Of a stretch of DNA of 64,000 nucleotides, positions 37,900 through 52,531 are shown in pieces. The translations under genes were made by a program, and so were the position numbers. The stretch's first letter is position 1, and every line of letters begins with the position of its first letter. The notes below the pieces were generated by a model. The model did no database searches, was not told where the DNA came from, and was given only the letters and a program-made list of their open reading frames with translations. This stretch comes from Phoronis australis. Its lineage: Eukaryota; Animalia; Phoronida. Location of the stretch: the NCBI GenBank assembly GCA_002633005.1, contig NMRA01000664.1:62001-126000 (forward strand), in the 5' to 3' direction.

Positions 37900-40310
37900 T
37901 TAAAACTGTTTGAGATAAAATGGATGCTCTGTGAGTCTGCTTGTAAACCCTTGGGACAAGCTCTAAATGTTCATGCAAGTTGTCCAACTTTAAGCCCAAC
38001 GTCCATATATCTGTCATTAGTAGCACAAAGAATGACGATTCGAATAAGGTGGGAAAAAAGAAAATGCGTATCTTATACAACTGTGTAAGCGCGCAGCTGA
38101 TAATTAATTCCGCCTTGCACCACGTTTTACTGGCCACATAGCAATCAGAAAGGGTGCGAGTTAACCTAGAAACAATACGCAATAAGGTGGGTCAAGTTGT
38201 CACAAGTGGGGCACAAGTTTAATTAATAGCGTCCAGGCAGCCTACGAGCCTAGCAAAAACTCATTCCAGGAGTATCTTGTTCTAGGATAACTGTGTGTGG
38301 ACAGCACTTTACACTTTGGGCAAGCTTGTAAACGGCAGTGGGAGAGGAAAGTCCACCCTGCACCATGAAATCCACTTTGTGACAAAGTGAGCAAAAATTA
38401 ATGCTTTTTCTGTTACAAGAGTGTTATAAAACGTCCAATAGCAGGAGACAGATCTAGATTTGAATGAAAATTCCAAAGCAGGGATTATTATCCTTTCAAA
38501 TAATCAACAAATTGAACCAAGAAAATCGGTAAGCAGTGTACAAGATGTCAGCCTACCGTCATCCGGTCCTCTGCCTCATTCAATTGTTCAACGTCCTTCT
38601 CAAGTTCCCTCAAATCTTGAAGGATCTCAGCATTAAAGGCATCTATGTTTTGTTGCCTACAGAAACATTGGAGAAAATGCGATATCAAGTCCATTCGTGG
38701 AATAAAAAGTGCAATATGGCGAAGTTTCCTTATATTTCAAAAATGGATCACGCTCATAATGAAAAAACAGTTAGCATTCTACATCAGGCCTCGTATGTTT
38801 TCCCATGTGTTCCAAAATGAAGAAACAGGTGCGTGTTTTACAGAAATTTTTTGGGTACATACACTCCCATTGACTGGCAGGATGTCCATGTACGTAAAAG
38901 ACCACAGTGCGAATGACCTCCCATAACAGACCAACACCACTAGCCAAGTTACTCACAGGGTTAGTGCATTTTAGAACCAGTTTGATACATGTTGTTCAGT
39001 GGAGAAAACTGCTAATCAAAATGCGAGACCCTGTAAGTGCAGCATAACTGTTATCTGAATAACTGGCCAACAGACACAAAGAATCGACTCCACAGCTGAT
39101 TGACAAGACTTTGTCTCTGTGAAGGGTGATGTCAAAAACACTTAGTCTAACAGTGTTGGTTGAATTTGTTTACGACAGAATTGTCATCAGCATCAAAATT
39201 CTGCAACAGTTTTACTTTAAAGGAAGAAAATTCACCCACATTCAAAGTGGCAATAAACCCAGGCCTTCCCTGAGGGGCAATAAAACACACAGCCAGGATG
39301 TTGGTATTTATTTCTTCCACCTTTTTCCTCAGTTTTCTCCACCTGGTCATTCTGGGCTGGACTACTCAAAGCTCATAAGGGGTAATAAAACAATTATGTT
39401 CTCAGCCAGGACAATAAACCCTTTGTTAAGCGGCGTTTGATTACATTCCAAGTGGGGCACTTGTATGACAAAGAGCAGGGCTCACAAAGGGCTTTCACAG
39501 ACTTTGCCTGTCAAGTTCAAAAGGCCTACAGAGCGTGGTGGGCACCAATGATTACAACCATCAGCAAAATTCTAAGCCACTATGGGGACTACATACTGAG
39601 TTGACCCCTCCAAGCCCAAAATGTTAAGCCACTGACTGATTGGTCTCATCCAATTGTTCACTCAGACATGACAAGGCTCGAGATGAGAACAGAAAGGTAT
39701 TTGTTTCAGACAAGGCCCATTAATTTGTTTGTCACAGCGGTTTTAGTCACCAAGACAGTGTAGATGTGAGGGGAATTCCACTAGACTTTATTGCTGCCAG
39801 TTTCAATTGAAACAAAGGACAAGCCATGATACTTTGGAAGAACAAATACGACCTGTGCAAGTAGAGATGATGTTGCTTTGTTAGAACAAATCGTGAAGAA
39901 AGTTGTTTATAGTCACTGTGACTAATGAATACTTTTGATTGCATAAAATGTTAATTGGTGTCATCCTCAGCCGTGGGAAGCTTAATGAGTACGTCTTGTG
40001 CACATCATTACAATGAAGGAGAAGAAACGAAAGACTTGTAAAGCAATTCCAGTCACTCATTAAATACTGTATTACAGAAACTAAAAGTATCTTAAGGGGA
40101 TTTGTGGTTATAATACCCGCCAGACTGCTGATGTTCACCAGCCTTGGTAAAGATATTGGTACTGTAAATGAAGTATGGTAATGATTTTGTTGATAAAACA
40201 TTTTTCAAGGGTTTCCCCCATCTACTGCAGGACATAGGAACCACCCTGTGCTTCAACGATTCCAATCGTAATCCTCTCTTCACTCCAATCCCCATAATTA
40301 ATAGATAGTC
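37900..40310 (-). pseudogene. Decayed coding segment, possibly Mab-21/cGAS-like nucleotidyltransferase
   Basis: Ordered minus-strand fragments YKCPTW (~39460), LWSRFFVSVGQLF (~39090), IRTVVFYVHGHPASQW (~38900), NCFF and LH[F]FIPRMDL (~38700, one-base frameshift). Many stops. Confidence 0.4.
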
Positions 40311-42639
40311 TCATAAATAAATGACATATCAAATCTCAGTTCAGTTTTGTATTGATTGTGTTGTGTATGTTTTCTCCTTCGTTTTACACGCCAAATTTGA
40401 TTTTTTAGATCATCGAGAAAATGTTTAGATTATGCTCTTACCTGCAGCGTTAAATACTCACAAATTTCAGATCGCAAAATTGAGTTCGTTCATGCAGGTA
40501 CGGCGTTACTCATTTTTTCACCACCGCCATTGAAAGGCTCTAGATCACATGGCCAGTTACCGATGTGAAAGTTGAATCAGTGCTCTCGAACTGACATGTG
40601 CATTCCAGTAGCTAAGTTTGTAATGTGAAAGGAGAAAATACCTGTTGAAAAAGTACCCGCGATTTTGCTAGGTCTGACCTGCTATGCCGCTGTCATCAAA
40701 GTTGTTAAAGATCCAAACTAACTCGAAATGAGAACTATACCTCCATTTTTTGTTCACAGTCCAAATTTTGCAATTTAACTCAACGTTTGAAAAACATCCT
40801 GTCGAAAAAAATTCCGTGAAACGATGCCCTAACCGAAAGACGTACGTATTTGGATGCGTGGGAACAATTCAGAGCAAATTTCACAACAAAAATGCGGGAC
40901 TTATGCTGTTAACATAGTACTCAGCAATTATTTTTCCATGAAATGAATAGCCTCGAAATAACTCCCGACTGTGCAGGTTTCCATCGGGCTTGAGTTTGCT
41001 CCTCAATACCTTCTACGTACAGGAAAAATATGTTAGTCACAAAACGACACGCATGTTACTAGTGTTAACTTTCTTTCGGAGGTATAAAACAAAGCCGGGG
41101 GTTTGGTTTTCACATAAAATTATTGAGAAAAAAACGGGTTTTTTTGAAAACTGAGTTTCTATGTTTTGTAAAACGAGAATGACTCACTGGACTGCGTGTC
41201 AATTTCAAACCAGGTGCGGTCGTTTGTAGTGCTCTATGCTGGGCGCTAGCCTGACTGTGAGTGCTTAATTGGAAATTTTCAAAAGTTAAGGGGGAATGCT
41301 TAGTACAGCAGAGAGCGCTTATTATGAAACATTTCAAAGGTAGAAAGTAGGATTATGTGTAAGCATAGTCGTTAACCTGAATGTGTTTGGTAATAAGGTA
41401 TTGAAAGACTGCAATGGTAAGAAATATTATTAGGATTATCATACAATTTTGCGAGGCAAACTCAATCTAGCGATTTTCTGGGTATCGTTACCACCTAGAC
41501 TGTACCTTTTTTACCCACCGGAATAATTTTGTTTTTAATTGCCCGTTTCAGCCGGAACAAGATTGTTTCTGTTGGAGTCTGAACATTTTACGGCAACGGT
41601 GGTTCGGGGAGCGAAAAATCGGCAGGGGGAGGGGGGGTGTGTGGAGAGAATAAAAATTTCGCTAAAGACGATTTCGCATCTAACCGTTCTAGTTGCAGTA
41701 GCTGGCTGCAGGCATAGAACATCGGGTTTAGGGAACATCGACCCTAGGAAACGTCGGAACAGGAAAAAAGTTTTTGGTTACGTCAGTGCAGGGGAATTTC
41801 GTAAAGCATCGAGTCTTTTATAACCGCCGGGAATCTATTAAGTTCGTTTTCAAATAAACCACTGGCACACGGGTGCTTAACAGAGCCAAGCTGGTATACT
41901 CTTTCATTTAGGACTCGCTGTTCTCTTTTGATGTGCAGCGCACATGCGTGAGTTCACGCTCTTGAATCGCTGGAGTAGGCCTACGCTTTACGTTGGTTTA
42001 CAACGTGTGAAAGACGAATCATATTTCGCGCACGTAGTCCCAGAAACAAGTCAAAGGGTTTGAGAATTTCTTGGCAACTCAAAAACTACTTTGTTGAAAG
42101 TAAAGACGTGGCCGTCGGTTGGCGATTAATAGGGTTGTCATTTTCACTGACCAGTGTCATAGTGCAATGCCAGGGACATGATCGTGGATATTGTAGTAAG
42201 GACATCTTACGCGAAAAGAAACATGTTTTTCCACCACAAAGTTTAAAATTGGTAAGTTGATCGCCTAAGAATTAGTAGAAACACTGCTGTTTTGTGACGA
42301 TTTCTCACGTGTTATGCTATGGCCCGAAACTTTCTTCGACGAAATTTGCAAAAGTACCCGAAAACGTTAGCCAATGAAATGCGCCCATGTTCACGCGACT
42401 TGCTTACAAGTTATAGGGAGGGCTGGTTAGTGTTCTTTTGAATTTGATTTCACAACAACCAAATAACGGTCGGATTCATAACAGTTGCTTTATATTTGCT
42501 AGGTATCTGCCGAGAAGTGTCAAAACTAAACTCGCATACACTGGAAATTCCAGATCGCATTTGCGACTTGAAACGAGCTGAAAAATCTCAGCTCATATTT
42601 GTAAATTTCAGGTCACAAATGCGAGCTGCAGCTCGTTAT

Positions 42640-42736
42640 CAGGGCTTGGAATGACCAATGACAAAAAAAGCGGAAACTTTTACGGCCCAAGTCATGTCCG
42701 ATAACCAGCCTTGAAATGGTCAATGTGAACCTTTCC
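42640..42736 (+). mobile_element. 5' fragment of the CAGGGCTTGGAAT MITE (full copy at 57761-58258), cut at an N
   Basis: Near-identical to 57761-57858 and ends at the single N at 42737. Confidence 0.85.
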
Positions 42737-43930
42737 NAAATATATATCAATGAACTCTGAAATTGCAAATACACATTAAAAGATTACTGGATGAATGAAA
42801 ATTTGACTTAACATGTTCATAAAAATGGAAATACCCTTTTATAAACCAAAGTGATTCCAGGCAATCACCACCCATCTTCTCACCCCTTTCCATGACTGAA
42901 GGAGGAACACTGTTGACCAACTCCGACACCCTTATTTCAATCTGCCTTTCTTAGAATACCAGTTACTGGTGTCTCAAAAGAAGAGCCACTGTGCGATCCA
43001 ACTACTTGAAAAATGTAACTGACACACTTAACATAATTATTTTAATTATCATAATTAGACAGTTCTTCGCTAGTTTCATAAAAAATCTTGACAGAAAAGT
43101 AGGAATTTGACAAAAAAGTAGGGAAAATTGAGGACCATGGTGGGCACTGGAAGGCACGAATGAATCATTCAATCAATTAATTAGCGTGAATCACCATTTC
43201 CTGTCTGTGGCCTTTAAATAGCTGAAACCCAAATCCAGATTTAATCATTACTTCCAACAGTCATGATTAGCAGTTACAATGCCGAACCTATCAGCTCATT
43301 CCCATTAATATCAACAGTGTTTAGGGAAGCGTCGGTTAGCGGAAAAAGTCCCCTCTTGGACCAAAATTGCAAGCTGACTTTCGCAACTAACAGGTGGATT
43401 TAACACATTGATCAAACTGATGAAATCACTGTTATCAACAGAACAGCACCTGTTGCGTTAACAATCTGTTACGCTTAAAAATCATTCTACTACCCGAGAC
43501 CCTACATAACAATTTCATTTCAGTTGTTATCCTAAGCATGAACTAGATTGTTTTTTAACAGTAACACAGATTACTTAAAACCTCTACCATATACAATCGC
43601 AGCGCTACCTTATGGTGGTAATTTAATTGGCAATAACTTTGATGTTGGTAAACGATGCTGTCTCATTAAAACCGTGATTATTTGAACTTGTAGCAAACAC
43701 CATCTTGTGACTTCCTGCAGAACTGCGTGTACAAGAAAGTATAAGAAAAGTAATTTGTAAATAAAATGCGGTTTTAAGGAAAACACCAAAACTGATACAC
43801 TTAAAAAACAAGTGTAAACAATAGAAAACCTAGTAATATTACACAATCATTATTTGATAGTGAAATAATCAAATAAGAACTTTGCCATGTTTCATTAGGG
43901 TAATGACATATTACCATACTCATTTACATA

Positions 43931-44793
43931 ACAAGAGCAATACAGAGCGTTGAAATGCGCCCATGAGTGCACCGCAAACGGTGTGCTTCTAGGGTTGTTT
44001 ATTCGTTTCATAAAAATAGACACTAGATGGCTCAAAAACATCCAATCCATCTGAAAATGGAAAAATGCCATTGCTTCTTTAATAGAAAGCTATTTACCAA
44101 ATTTCATAAAAATCTGTTGAGGAACTTCAGAGAAACAAAGGAAAACGGAAAAAATGAATAAAATTGCAACTATGAGGCACATCGTTCATTGGATCAGCCT
44201 GAAAGACGGAATCTGTTGTTAGCTTCAAAAATACAATAAATTTAATAAAGATCCTGCAGTGTGTTAAAGAGACGCAGCTATGGCACAAAACAAAACAAAG
44301 CTACCACTAGGAGGTGCCACAAGTCGAATTCGTTAGAGTCAACAGCCCTCTTGACTCTGAGAACAATACATGCCAATTTTCAAAATCATCCTTAGAATGT
44401 TTTGGTTGATCGAGGGGTGGATGCCAAAAAACAGACTCGAAAACAGCAAAAATGGCCACTAAGTGGCACAAACTTCGTCGCATCCATCCCAAAACGGGAG
44501 GAAAGCGTCATCTCACTAATAGATGCCTGTATGCCAAATTTTACAAAAATACGTTGGGGACCTTTGAAGATATAGAGGTAAGCGTAAAAAACTAAAATTA
44601 CCACTAGGGGACACACCGGCAGTTGCATCCGTCCGAAAGTTCACTCATGCCGTCCCACCCATGAAAGGAACACGTGCCAAAATTTCATGAAGTACGTCAA
44701 AGGCTTTTGGAGATAGAGCAGCGGATGCCGGACAGACATCGGACAGACGGAGATGACGGCATAATACGTTCACATATAAATGTGTGGGCGCAA
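43931..44793 (+). mobile_element. Helentron/DINE-like non-autonomous element, copy A
   Basis: 5' acaagagcaa...aatgcgcccatg, internal ccactag-repeat units, ggacagacgg microsatellite, 3' cacatataaatgtgtgggcgc hairpin. Confidence 0.7.
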
Positions 44794-45330
44794 AAGTCTC
44801 ACAAGACTTTTGCGTGGTTGTAATAGTAACTGGTTCTCAGATGGTTTACAGCACACCGGAAGACCCAGTGTTGTTTGTAAACTTAGTTCTTCTTTTGTAC
44901 ATTCACAATCTAATGAGACTTAGCATCTTAAACAGAAGGTAATGAGAAAACTCAAATTAACTTTGCTGTGTGTGCCGAGTCACCTCGTCATAGATTTAAC
45001 TCAGCGACAAAAAGTCACAACTCACCTTGTAACATCGCAAAATGAAATCTCATGTCAATTAACAAAATCTAAATAATGACCAATGGGTTTTGGGAATTTC
45101 TAGCATTGATTTTTTTTCATTTTTGTTGCCAACTACTGACCTAGCCGTTTACCTACTGCCAATCTCAGGAGGCGTCAACATGTCACATTTCACTCACCTG
45201 TTTTCCTGTGTTGCCCAAACGTGGGAAATTTGTCTTGATGTGTTTTTCATAAATGTCACAGTCAACATTTCCAGGTTTTGTTTCTGCTCCTAAAAATAGG
45301 TTTACACGTTCTGAATGAATAAGATTACAG

Positions 45331-45421
45331 GTGCAAAACAACAAAACATATGATGAATTACTTAATTCATATATTTAAAGTGCAAAACAACAAAACACAT
45401 GATGAATTACTAAATTCATAT
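45331..45421. repeat. 49-bp tandem duplication
   Basis: gtgcaaaacaacaaaacaYatgatgaattactWaattcatat occurs twice. Confidence 0.85.
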
Positions 45422-45867
45422 GATTGGCATTTCCAGGGCGTCAAGTAACATAAGGCCTTGAAAAAATAGGAAACTTGACGCCCTGCATTTCCGAAAGATG
45501 CAGCTAATACATAAAATTCATTTGATTAATAAGTTGTTCCAAACATGGATTACAAGCAGAATTGAGGAGGTGCATTTTACTTCCAATAATGGATTTAACA
45601 CAGTGACTAAGGAAGTGAACTTAAGCTAAGTACTGCCGACCTGTGACCACTTCACTAGATCTTAATTGAAATACAATATTTGAAGAAACAGTCACTTAAT
45701 TACATCACTGGAAAATTAATCATGACCGGATACATTGTCAAAGTCTGAAACGGGCAATGCTGCAGTTATCTACAGTAACAGAATGTGCCCACATGAAATG
45801 TTGAAGCTCCAAGACATGCAAGAGTGCATTTGAGGCACATAAATTACAACTGCTGTAATCCCAACTA

Positions 45868-45935
45868 TTTCACAACATTGTGTAGTACATTAGAAAACTT
45901 TCACAACATTGTGTAGTACATTAGAAAAATTTCAC
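45868..45935. repeat. 31-bp tandem duplication
   Basis: tttcacaacattgtgtagtacattagaaaa occurs twice plus a partial third copy. Confidence 0.85.
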
Positions 45936-48073
45936 ATTTGGCCAACTTGGGAACATCTTATCTGAGAAATGATTGATACCTTGTACTGTGCGATATTTTC
46001 CAAGACGCGGTGATAAATTGCTTTTAAATTGTTCCATTTTTGCACAAGGGACTATTAAAGTCCTGGTCTCAAACTGCCCATGTGGTTCCAGTATCCGAAA
46101 ATACTTACTACATAAAATCTTATTTTCGACACCCTTTCTTTATATTCTTTTTGCCTTTCTTGCTAAAAGCGATTTTTTAACAGTATTTGTCCCTTCTCTG
46201 TGAGCGTATAATTACCGGCTGTCATCGACTATTTCCATACCCACATTTCCGGCTCATCAGTTCAGGAACTTTTCCTGAACACCGCCATTTTGTCCTTGTA
46301 ACTGAATGTGCTATCGCTTGCTCAAAAAGTCATCATTATTTTGTTTTATTAGTAATATCTCGTGATTCGTTTGTGTGTGTAGTGTATTTATAGTTTGTAG
46401 TTAGTGATCGTTGAATTTTTTTGGAATGTTACACGTACTTAGTATGTTAAAATAGCATTGGTGTTTAGTTCCTTACGTAGGGCGGTCGAACATGGGAACC
46501 AATGAGTCGAACCAAATTTTTCCATTTTGATTTTTTTCTTGTTTTGAAAAAAGTGCTTTGCCATCATCGGAATTGTAGTGCATCCTACTCAGTAAAAATC
46601 GAAAAAGTATCAAAATCAGGACAAGCACTGTTAAGTTACTGCAATTTTTGTGGTGAAATTTGGGTCACTTTGTTTGGATCGTGTCGGCCATATTGGAGGA
46701 CAGCGGTATAAGTTACGAGTTTAAAACTTTGTGTAAATTGTTTTCACCAACGGTGAAATTTAGTGAGAAATATCTTTACTTACTATTCTGCACGATTCAA
46801 CAGTGTTCACCAAATTTCAGCCTCGCAGTTGTTACTCATTAAGTGTTAAATGTGCTCACAATTCCCGTTGGACTTCGTCTCATTTCTGGCGGCACCGACA
46901 ACATGGCGACTTTGCTGAACTGGAAGGCATGTTCAACCTAATACTTTGTAATTGACCTATCGCCAGGATTATGACGGACGGCTTAACTGACCAATCAGAA
47001 CGCAGCATTCTTGGCACACCTTCGTCTGCGTTTCCAAGCAGCCATTTTACCCGACAAACCACACTTAGTCGAGTAAAACTTACTTTAGTCTATAGCTCAA
47101 GAAATTGTCCGCTAAGAATGGGGAAACGGTGTTGATATGGCGTGTGTAGCGCCGACAGCCATTATGCTGCTCCAGAATAATATCTCGTCATTTTTTGGCA
47201 TGCCCTAAGCCGAAAAATGATGTTGAAAAGCGTAAACTATGGATCAAACTGTATAGCCACACGAGCAGCTGAACTTGATAACTCGAAGGCTATAATAAAC
47301 ACAAAGATATTAGTTCCAAGATACGCACTTTTCAGCTTGGTGGCTATGGTGCAGGGCTATCTCAGATTTTGACTCCCGAGTTTCCTATGTCTGACCGCCT
47401 TTGTCTCGGCACCTGCTGGATCTCAGCCCTCTAGCAGTAGTCCCCGGAAATTGTTGTTTTCAAGGACGTTTTCATTTTGTGTTATATTTTAAATCAACCT
47501 AATGGACATTATTTTGTTTCGTATCAGAGGTACGTTTTTGTTATTCATAAACCGTAGGCTGGCGTTCAACTGAACTTCTCTCCCGGTCAAAATTCAGAGA
47601 TTCGATCGGCACAGGGAAGGGCACTGGATTACTGCCGGAACTCAAAGCCTTGGTCGAGCTGTTGTCACTAAAAATAAACTGTTGAATTACTTTTTGACGT
47701 GTACCTCTAGTATACACTATGTCTGTAGAGTTAGAGAGAGCTCATTTTGAAGTTGTTCAAACATGATATTTAGATTTATGAAGCTTTAAAAAAGAATTTG
47801 AGTTATTTTTGTAAATACCCTATTTTTGCAACTACCACACCAGACTTGTAATCTTTTGTAACCATACCACGACTTAGTGATCATGCTACCTTCAAAATTA
47901 AATGAAAGCTACCTTTATGGAATGAAACTACCAAAAAATGCCAAGTTCATAAGAAGGTAGGCCTAATTTAAATGTCTTAATGGTGCAAACGGACAATTCC
48001 ATAGGCTGCCGCAAGCAAAATGAAACAGCAAGAGCGTGAAGCGTGAGGAAATATTGAGTTCAGTAACTAGGAC

Positions 48074-48289
48074 CGGTAGCGGAAGAGGGGGGCTCAGACC
48101 CCAGATCGCGGCGGAATCGTGTTCCTGTTTTTTTAGTCCACCGATAGATTTTCTGAACAGAAGGTCCAACGGTCTACATCCCTGGCCCCTGCAACTTTCG
48201 GGCCGCCTGTGCACATACAATCGCACTTTGCCCAATTCCACGAGGCAACATATGTTGGGCCCCCCTGTGGTATCCTAGATCCGCCACTG
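48074..48289. mobile_element. Degenerate MITE (cagtggcggatc-type termini)
   Basis: Right end cctagatccgccactg, left end cggtagcggaagagggggg, with G-run and C-run subtermini. Confidence 0.4.
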
Positions 48290-50929
48290 AATTCCAGACA
48301 TTAATTTGACTTAGACACAGCCCTAGACCTACCGGAGCTAACTGTTTGCCTAGGACGAGATGAGTGTGTACCTGAGCTATGAACCTGAATTTTTTGATCA
48401 AAATATTTCGTTACAAGATTAGAAAAGCGTAAACAGTGCTATCGAGTCGACCTAGTCAGAGACTATAGTGCATGTGTTGTCTGTAATCTATGACCTACTT
48501 TACTCCAGGAGTCCCACCAGTTGTGACCTACTTTTCATTTGGCGAAATTTAGCAGACGACAGAATAAAAATATCGGTGAATCTTCACTGATTTTATTCGA
48601 AAGATCATGAAATCTATGGAATCGTACAGATAATTCGACTTTAAGGTACATACCCAGCTTTACATGAACATATCGTATCAGTGGCCTTGTCATTTGTCAG
48701 GTGAAGGTGGCCCCGAGGCCGAGGGGTTCTTCGGATTTTCGCTGGCTCCTCGAGCACTTATTTTTTCATCGTCACCTTTACAAATTCCCATATCATGAAA
48801 GTACGATTCTCTGTTGGAAAGCATCGCCTCTTATCTCCGTCGAAGCGTTTTCAAATAGTGCAAAAACACTCATCGATTCCACCAGGAACGTCATTTAGCG
48901 ACAGTGTATTTACCTCTGACATCTCGTTCGATTGTCGGGTATCACGTGACTTTTCGCATGGGGGCGAAGCTTGCGATAGGTCAATTTGTGAAGATTTAAC
49001 GTTGATACATTTTGACAAACGTTGCTACAAAAAAGGAACTTTCTTTAATTTTCGTGTTTTTTGCGCAAAAATACAAGATAATTCGAATTATTTTACTGTG
49101 AATTTCCCATTCAGGTGACCTTACACTAAGCTAAAAAATAGTTGAAATAATTTTGAAACGTTTTTTGTTTGACTATCAACTGCTGTTCAAGGCTTGATAA
49201 GGTGTCACAAAATGATTCATATTTTTCTAGATTTTAAGTCTCAATTGCTTTCAAGTCATGTTTTGTAACTAATTGCTTCTTAATTCAGGTTATCAAGTCA
49301 ACAATATGCCATAATCTTAGTTGAGAAATAACCTATATTGGATTGTGAAGCTTCAAGCCTCCAATTCTTGTTCCTTGCAATTTCATATTTTTTTAATCAT
49401 GCTTGTCAAATTCTGGTGAAAGGAAACACTATTCCGTCACCATGACAATAGTTACATGTATGTCCACTTTCCTATCGTGGAAACTTTTGCTGTTGAATAG
49501 TGTTTGTAATGCTAAAGGTTGTAAAGTATTGTGCACTTTAAGTTACTTATTATGTGAAAAAGGTTGAATCATTATGGCTTAATGAATAAAAAATGATAAC
49601 ATTTTGTATTGAACTTGTCATACTTATGTGCTATATTTGGAGCAATGGAAAAAGGTCTGCCTCAGTCAAGAGAAGCACGAACTCCGAAAAAAGTAGAAAA
49701 CGAGACGATATATTCCACTAGAAGACGGGAAGTACCAAAATTTAGCGTCTGCAATTCATAACTTTGAACATACCCAGGGAATCTTATAGTAAAAGATAGA
49801 CATTCCCAAAAATTCCAGCCCCCCATATTGTTAAGCTTGGTGCGCTCATACAAAGTCTGGGAAAATCTGTGTTGAAAGCCAACAGCTTTGCACAGTTCGC
49901 CAGAAGTACCCAAATTCTAAATAAACCTCGTTTCAGCGAGTGCTGTGGCCAGCGGCCAGGTAGGCCTAAGGGCAGCCTTGGCCCAAAGCTGTATGGGCCT
50001 ACTAACAAGCTAGCTGTATTTTGACGGTAGTCTTCATACTGGTAGCTGGCACTGAGGCTAGCTAAGGGCTGCCGCGGCAGTGTGACACAAGATTAACCAA
50101 CCCGTAATTTTATGCAAGTGTCTTTAACTACCTTAGAATATATACGGCATTTATGACTTGAACATTTTACTTCGACAAAGCAGATTGCAACCGCATGCCT
50201 TTACAGTTTGCCTGCGTCTTGTATCGATCTGCACCGGGTCCAACAGGCTGCGGTCCCGAGGCCGGCAAAATAATTTCTGTCAAAATTTATTCGCCACATT
50301 TTTACAAATTCGATAAAATTTCCGTATTTTGATTTTATTAAAACTAAGACGCACTGTCCATTATTTTATCCCCGTTTGCAGGCTGGTGACAGGCACTCAC
50401 ACTGACGGCGTTTTCTAAGCTCGAGTTCCTGAATGAATTGTACTTCCGGGTTTGCGGCAAGTTCAAAATGGCGCGTTCATTTAAACTTTTTTCGAGTACG
50501 GATCGTGTATTAGTTATGGGGTAGGTACTTCTGGGATCCTTGTAACATCCTCTAACCATGTAATAAGGGTTAACAACGTGTGAGACCAGGACTTAAAGGA
50601 CTTGTGATTTCCATGCAACAAAAGTTGCATAAAATAAAAAAGGAATATTTTTAAAAAGTGTAACATCGTTTTTGGGATCTCATCTTGAGCATTTATTTGA
50701 AATAAAATTTGTTCCTTGCATAGATATTGCTGTTGCTATCAATGTTTGTTTCATATTTGTTAAAAAACACAACCTGGATGCTTTCAAGCCTTCTGTTTAG
50801 ATATGATGGGATAAGAAACCCCCCCCCCCCCCCGCTCTGAGACATAAATGCGAGAAATTCAAAACATTTCTCTAAATCGATGCTTATCTCATTTAAAGGG
50901 GATGTTTACAGCATGACTAAGAAGATACA

Positions 50930-52130
50930 GAGGCGGAGGTAAAAAAAAACTGCCACAAGGAGGCACAGCAACAGCTGGATCAGTCTGAAAGTCATAGTCA
51001 CCTGCCTTCACCTTCATAGGAACACATAGGTGAAATCTCAGAAGATCCTGCCAGCAATTAAGGAAATACAGTCTGCTGGTTGCCCAGGCAGATATGATAG
51101 CAATACATGACCAGCATGCATACAATAAAGTATTACCAACTTAGGATAAAATATGTCTGCATGTGAATCTTCATTTTATATTGCTTCCATGACAGATATG
51201 CAGTAGCTAATTAAATGTTTCAATTCCATTTTCATGTTCTGTACCACAATGTCAAAAGACCTTGAAAAATGAATGGCAGTTACTTTTGTCCGACATTAAG
51301 AGATTTCACCATATGCGGGCTCATACAGAGCAGGCAACACGATTGTCCTGGCACAATATACTGTGGTAAACTTTACCATCATGTACTGCTGATAATCCGA
51401 GCTGTAGGCTTTCATCATTGCTGCTGGATTGTTGAACCCCATAGTTGCCTCGGCCTCTACAGAAGTGTCTGCTGAGGACACCGAGTCACTCTCAACACAA
51501 CTGCGTCTGGTGGCTGCAAGAGTGAAGTGGCATCGTTGGCTAGTTTTGACAAATTCATGAGCTGCCTAAAGTAGTCTATTTTCAAACGTCCAATGGTGAA
51601 CTGACCCACAAGCAAACAAAGAAATTGCAACTAGGGGACACCAAAGTACTAATGACACTCCTCCAAAAATCAATCTGTCCTCAACACTGGAACACATATT
51701 TTTTACTAAAATTTAGTGATGATCATTTCAGCAGTTCGGCAGGCAGAGATGCAGACATCAAAACAACTGAGTTTAAAATTAATAAAATGGTCATGACAAG
51801 CAAAATACATTGTATCCGTCCGAAAATAGGTGTTTTTATCTCCTTAATATAGTACCGTGCCAAATTTCACGAAAATCTGCCAAGGAATCAGATAAGGACT
51901 TAGGCAAACACAGAAATAACACTGTCACTAAAGGCACACAGCAGTTGTCGAACCTGTCTGAAAGTTTGCACTAAGCCGGCTCATAGGAACCTGACTGCAA
52001 ACTTTCAACATCCGTCGAGGGGTTTAGGAGATACACAAGCCTGAGATGCCAGATGCTGGATAGATGGACACCGGACGTGCAGATAGAGACGATGGCAATA
52101 TTCGTCCACATTCTGTATGTGGGCAATTAA
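50930..52130 (+). mobile_element. Older fragments of the Helentron-like ccactag family (50930-51125 and 51600-52130)
   Basis: Diverged units (gccacaaggaggcac, gcaactaggggacac) and a 3' end gtccacattctgtatgtgggc. Confidence 0.55.
51377..51565 (-). CDS. Candidate exon of an unknown minus-strand gene
   Basis: ctttag acceptor, gtaaag donor, 189 nt open frame AAHEFVKTSQRCHF...MMKAYSSDYQQYMM. No recognisable domain. Confidence 0.3.
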
Positions 52131-52339
52131 TGAGAATGTAACAGTTTATTTAGGCAAAAATTGTGACCACAGTTTAACCATAGAAAACAAGACATGTCCA
52201 TTTGCCTCATTTCACATTTATTTTAATTGAAAAATTTGACACTAGAGTGCCATTGCGTGAAATGAGACGTCCCCGCAGTAAAAGTTGTGTTATCTAAACA
52301 GAGCTCAGTTCGCCTGTAAGTACATATGGAACATCTTAC

Positions 52340-52531
52340 CTCTATCTCTGTTATTGGCGTCGGCGAATAACTGTCTCGGTTGAAGATTGGGATTAGCTGA
52401 CGAGAGGCCACGATGACTACCACGGTCCTTTAGAACACTGTCACCATTGGCACAGTCTCCGTCATCACTATCATCATCGTCGTCATTGTTGTCATCATCA
52501 TCACCGTGAAAACGATAAGGAAATAAACCAC
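52340..52531 (-). CDS. Candidate acidic exon of an unknown minus-strand gene
   Basis: ttacttaag acceptor, gtaaga donor, 192 nt, phase 1-1. GLFPYRFHGDDDDNNDDDDDSDDGDCANGD...NRDR. Confidence 0.3.

Noticed and set aside
48645-49120. Possible TTAA-flanked MITE (ggtacatac...gtgacc)
   Set aside because: Terminal inverted match is too weak and the right TSD is imperfect.
50440-50475. ETS (acttccgg) and YY1 (aaaatggcg) promoter-like motifs
   Set aside because: Short motifs with no linked first exon, and they are common in repeats.
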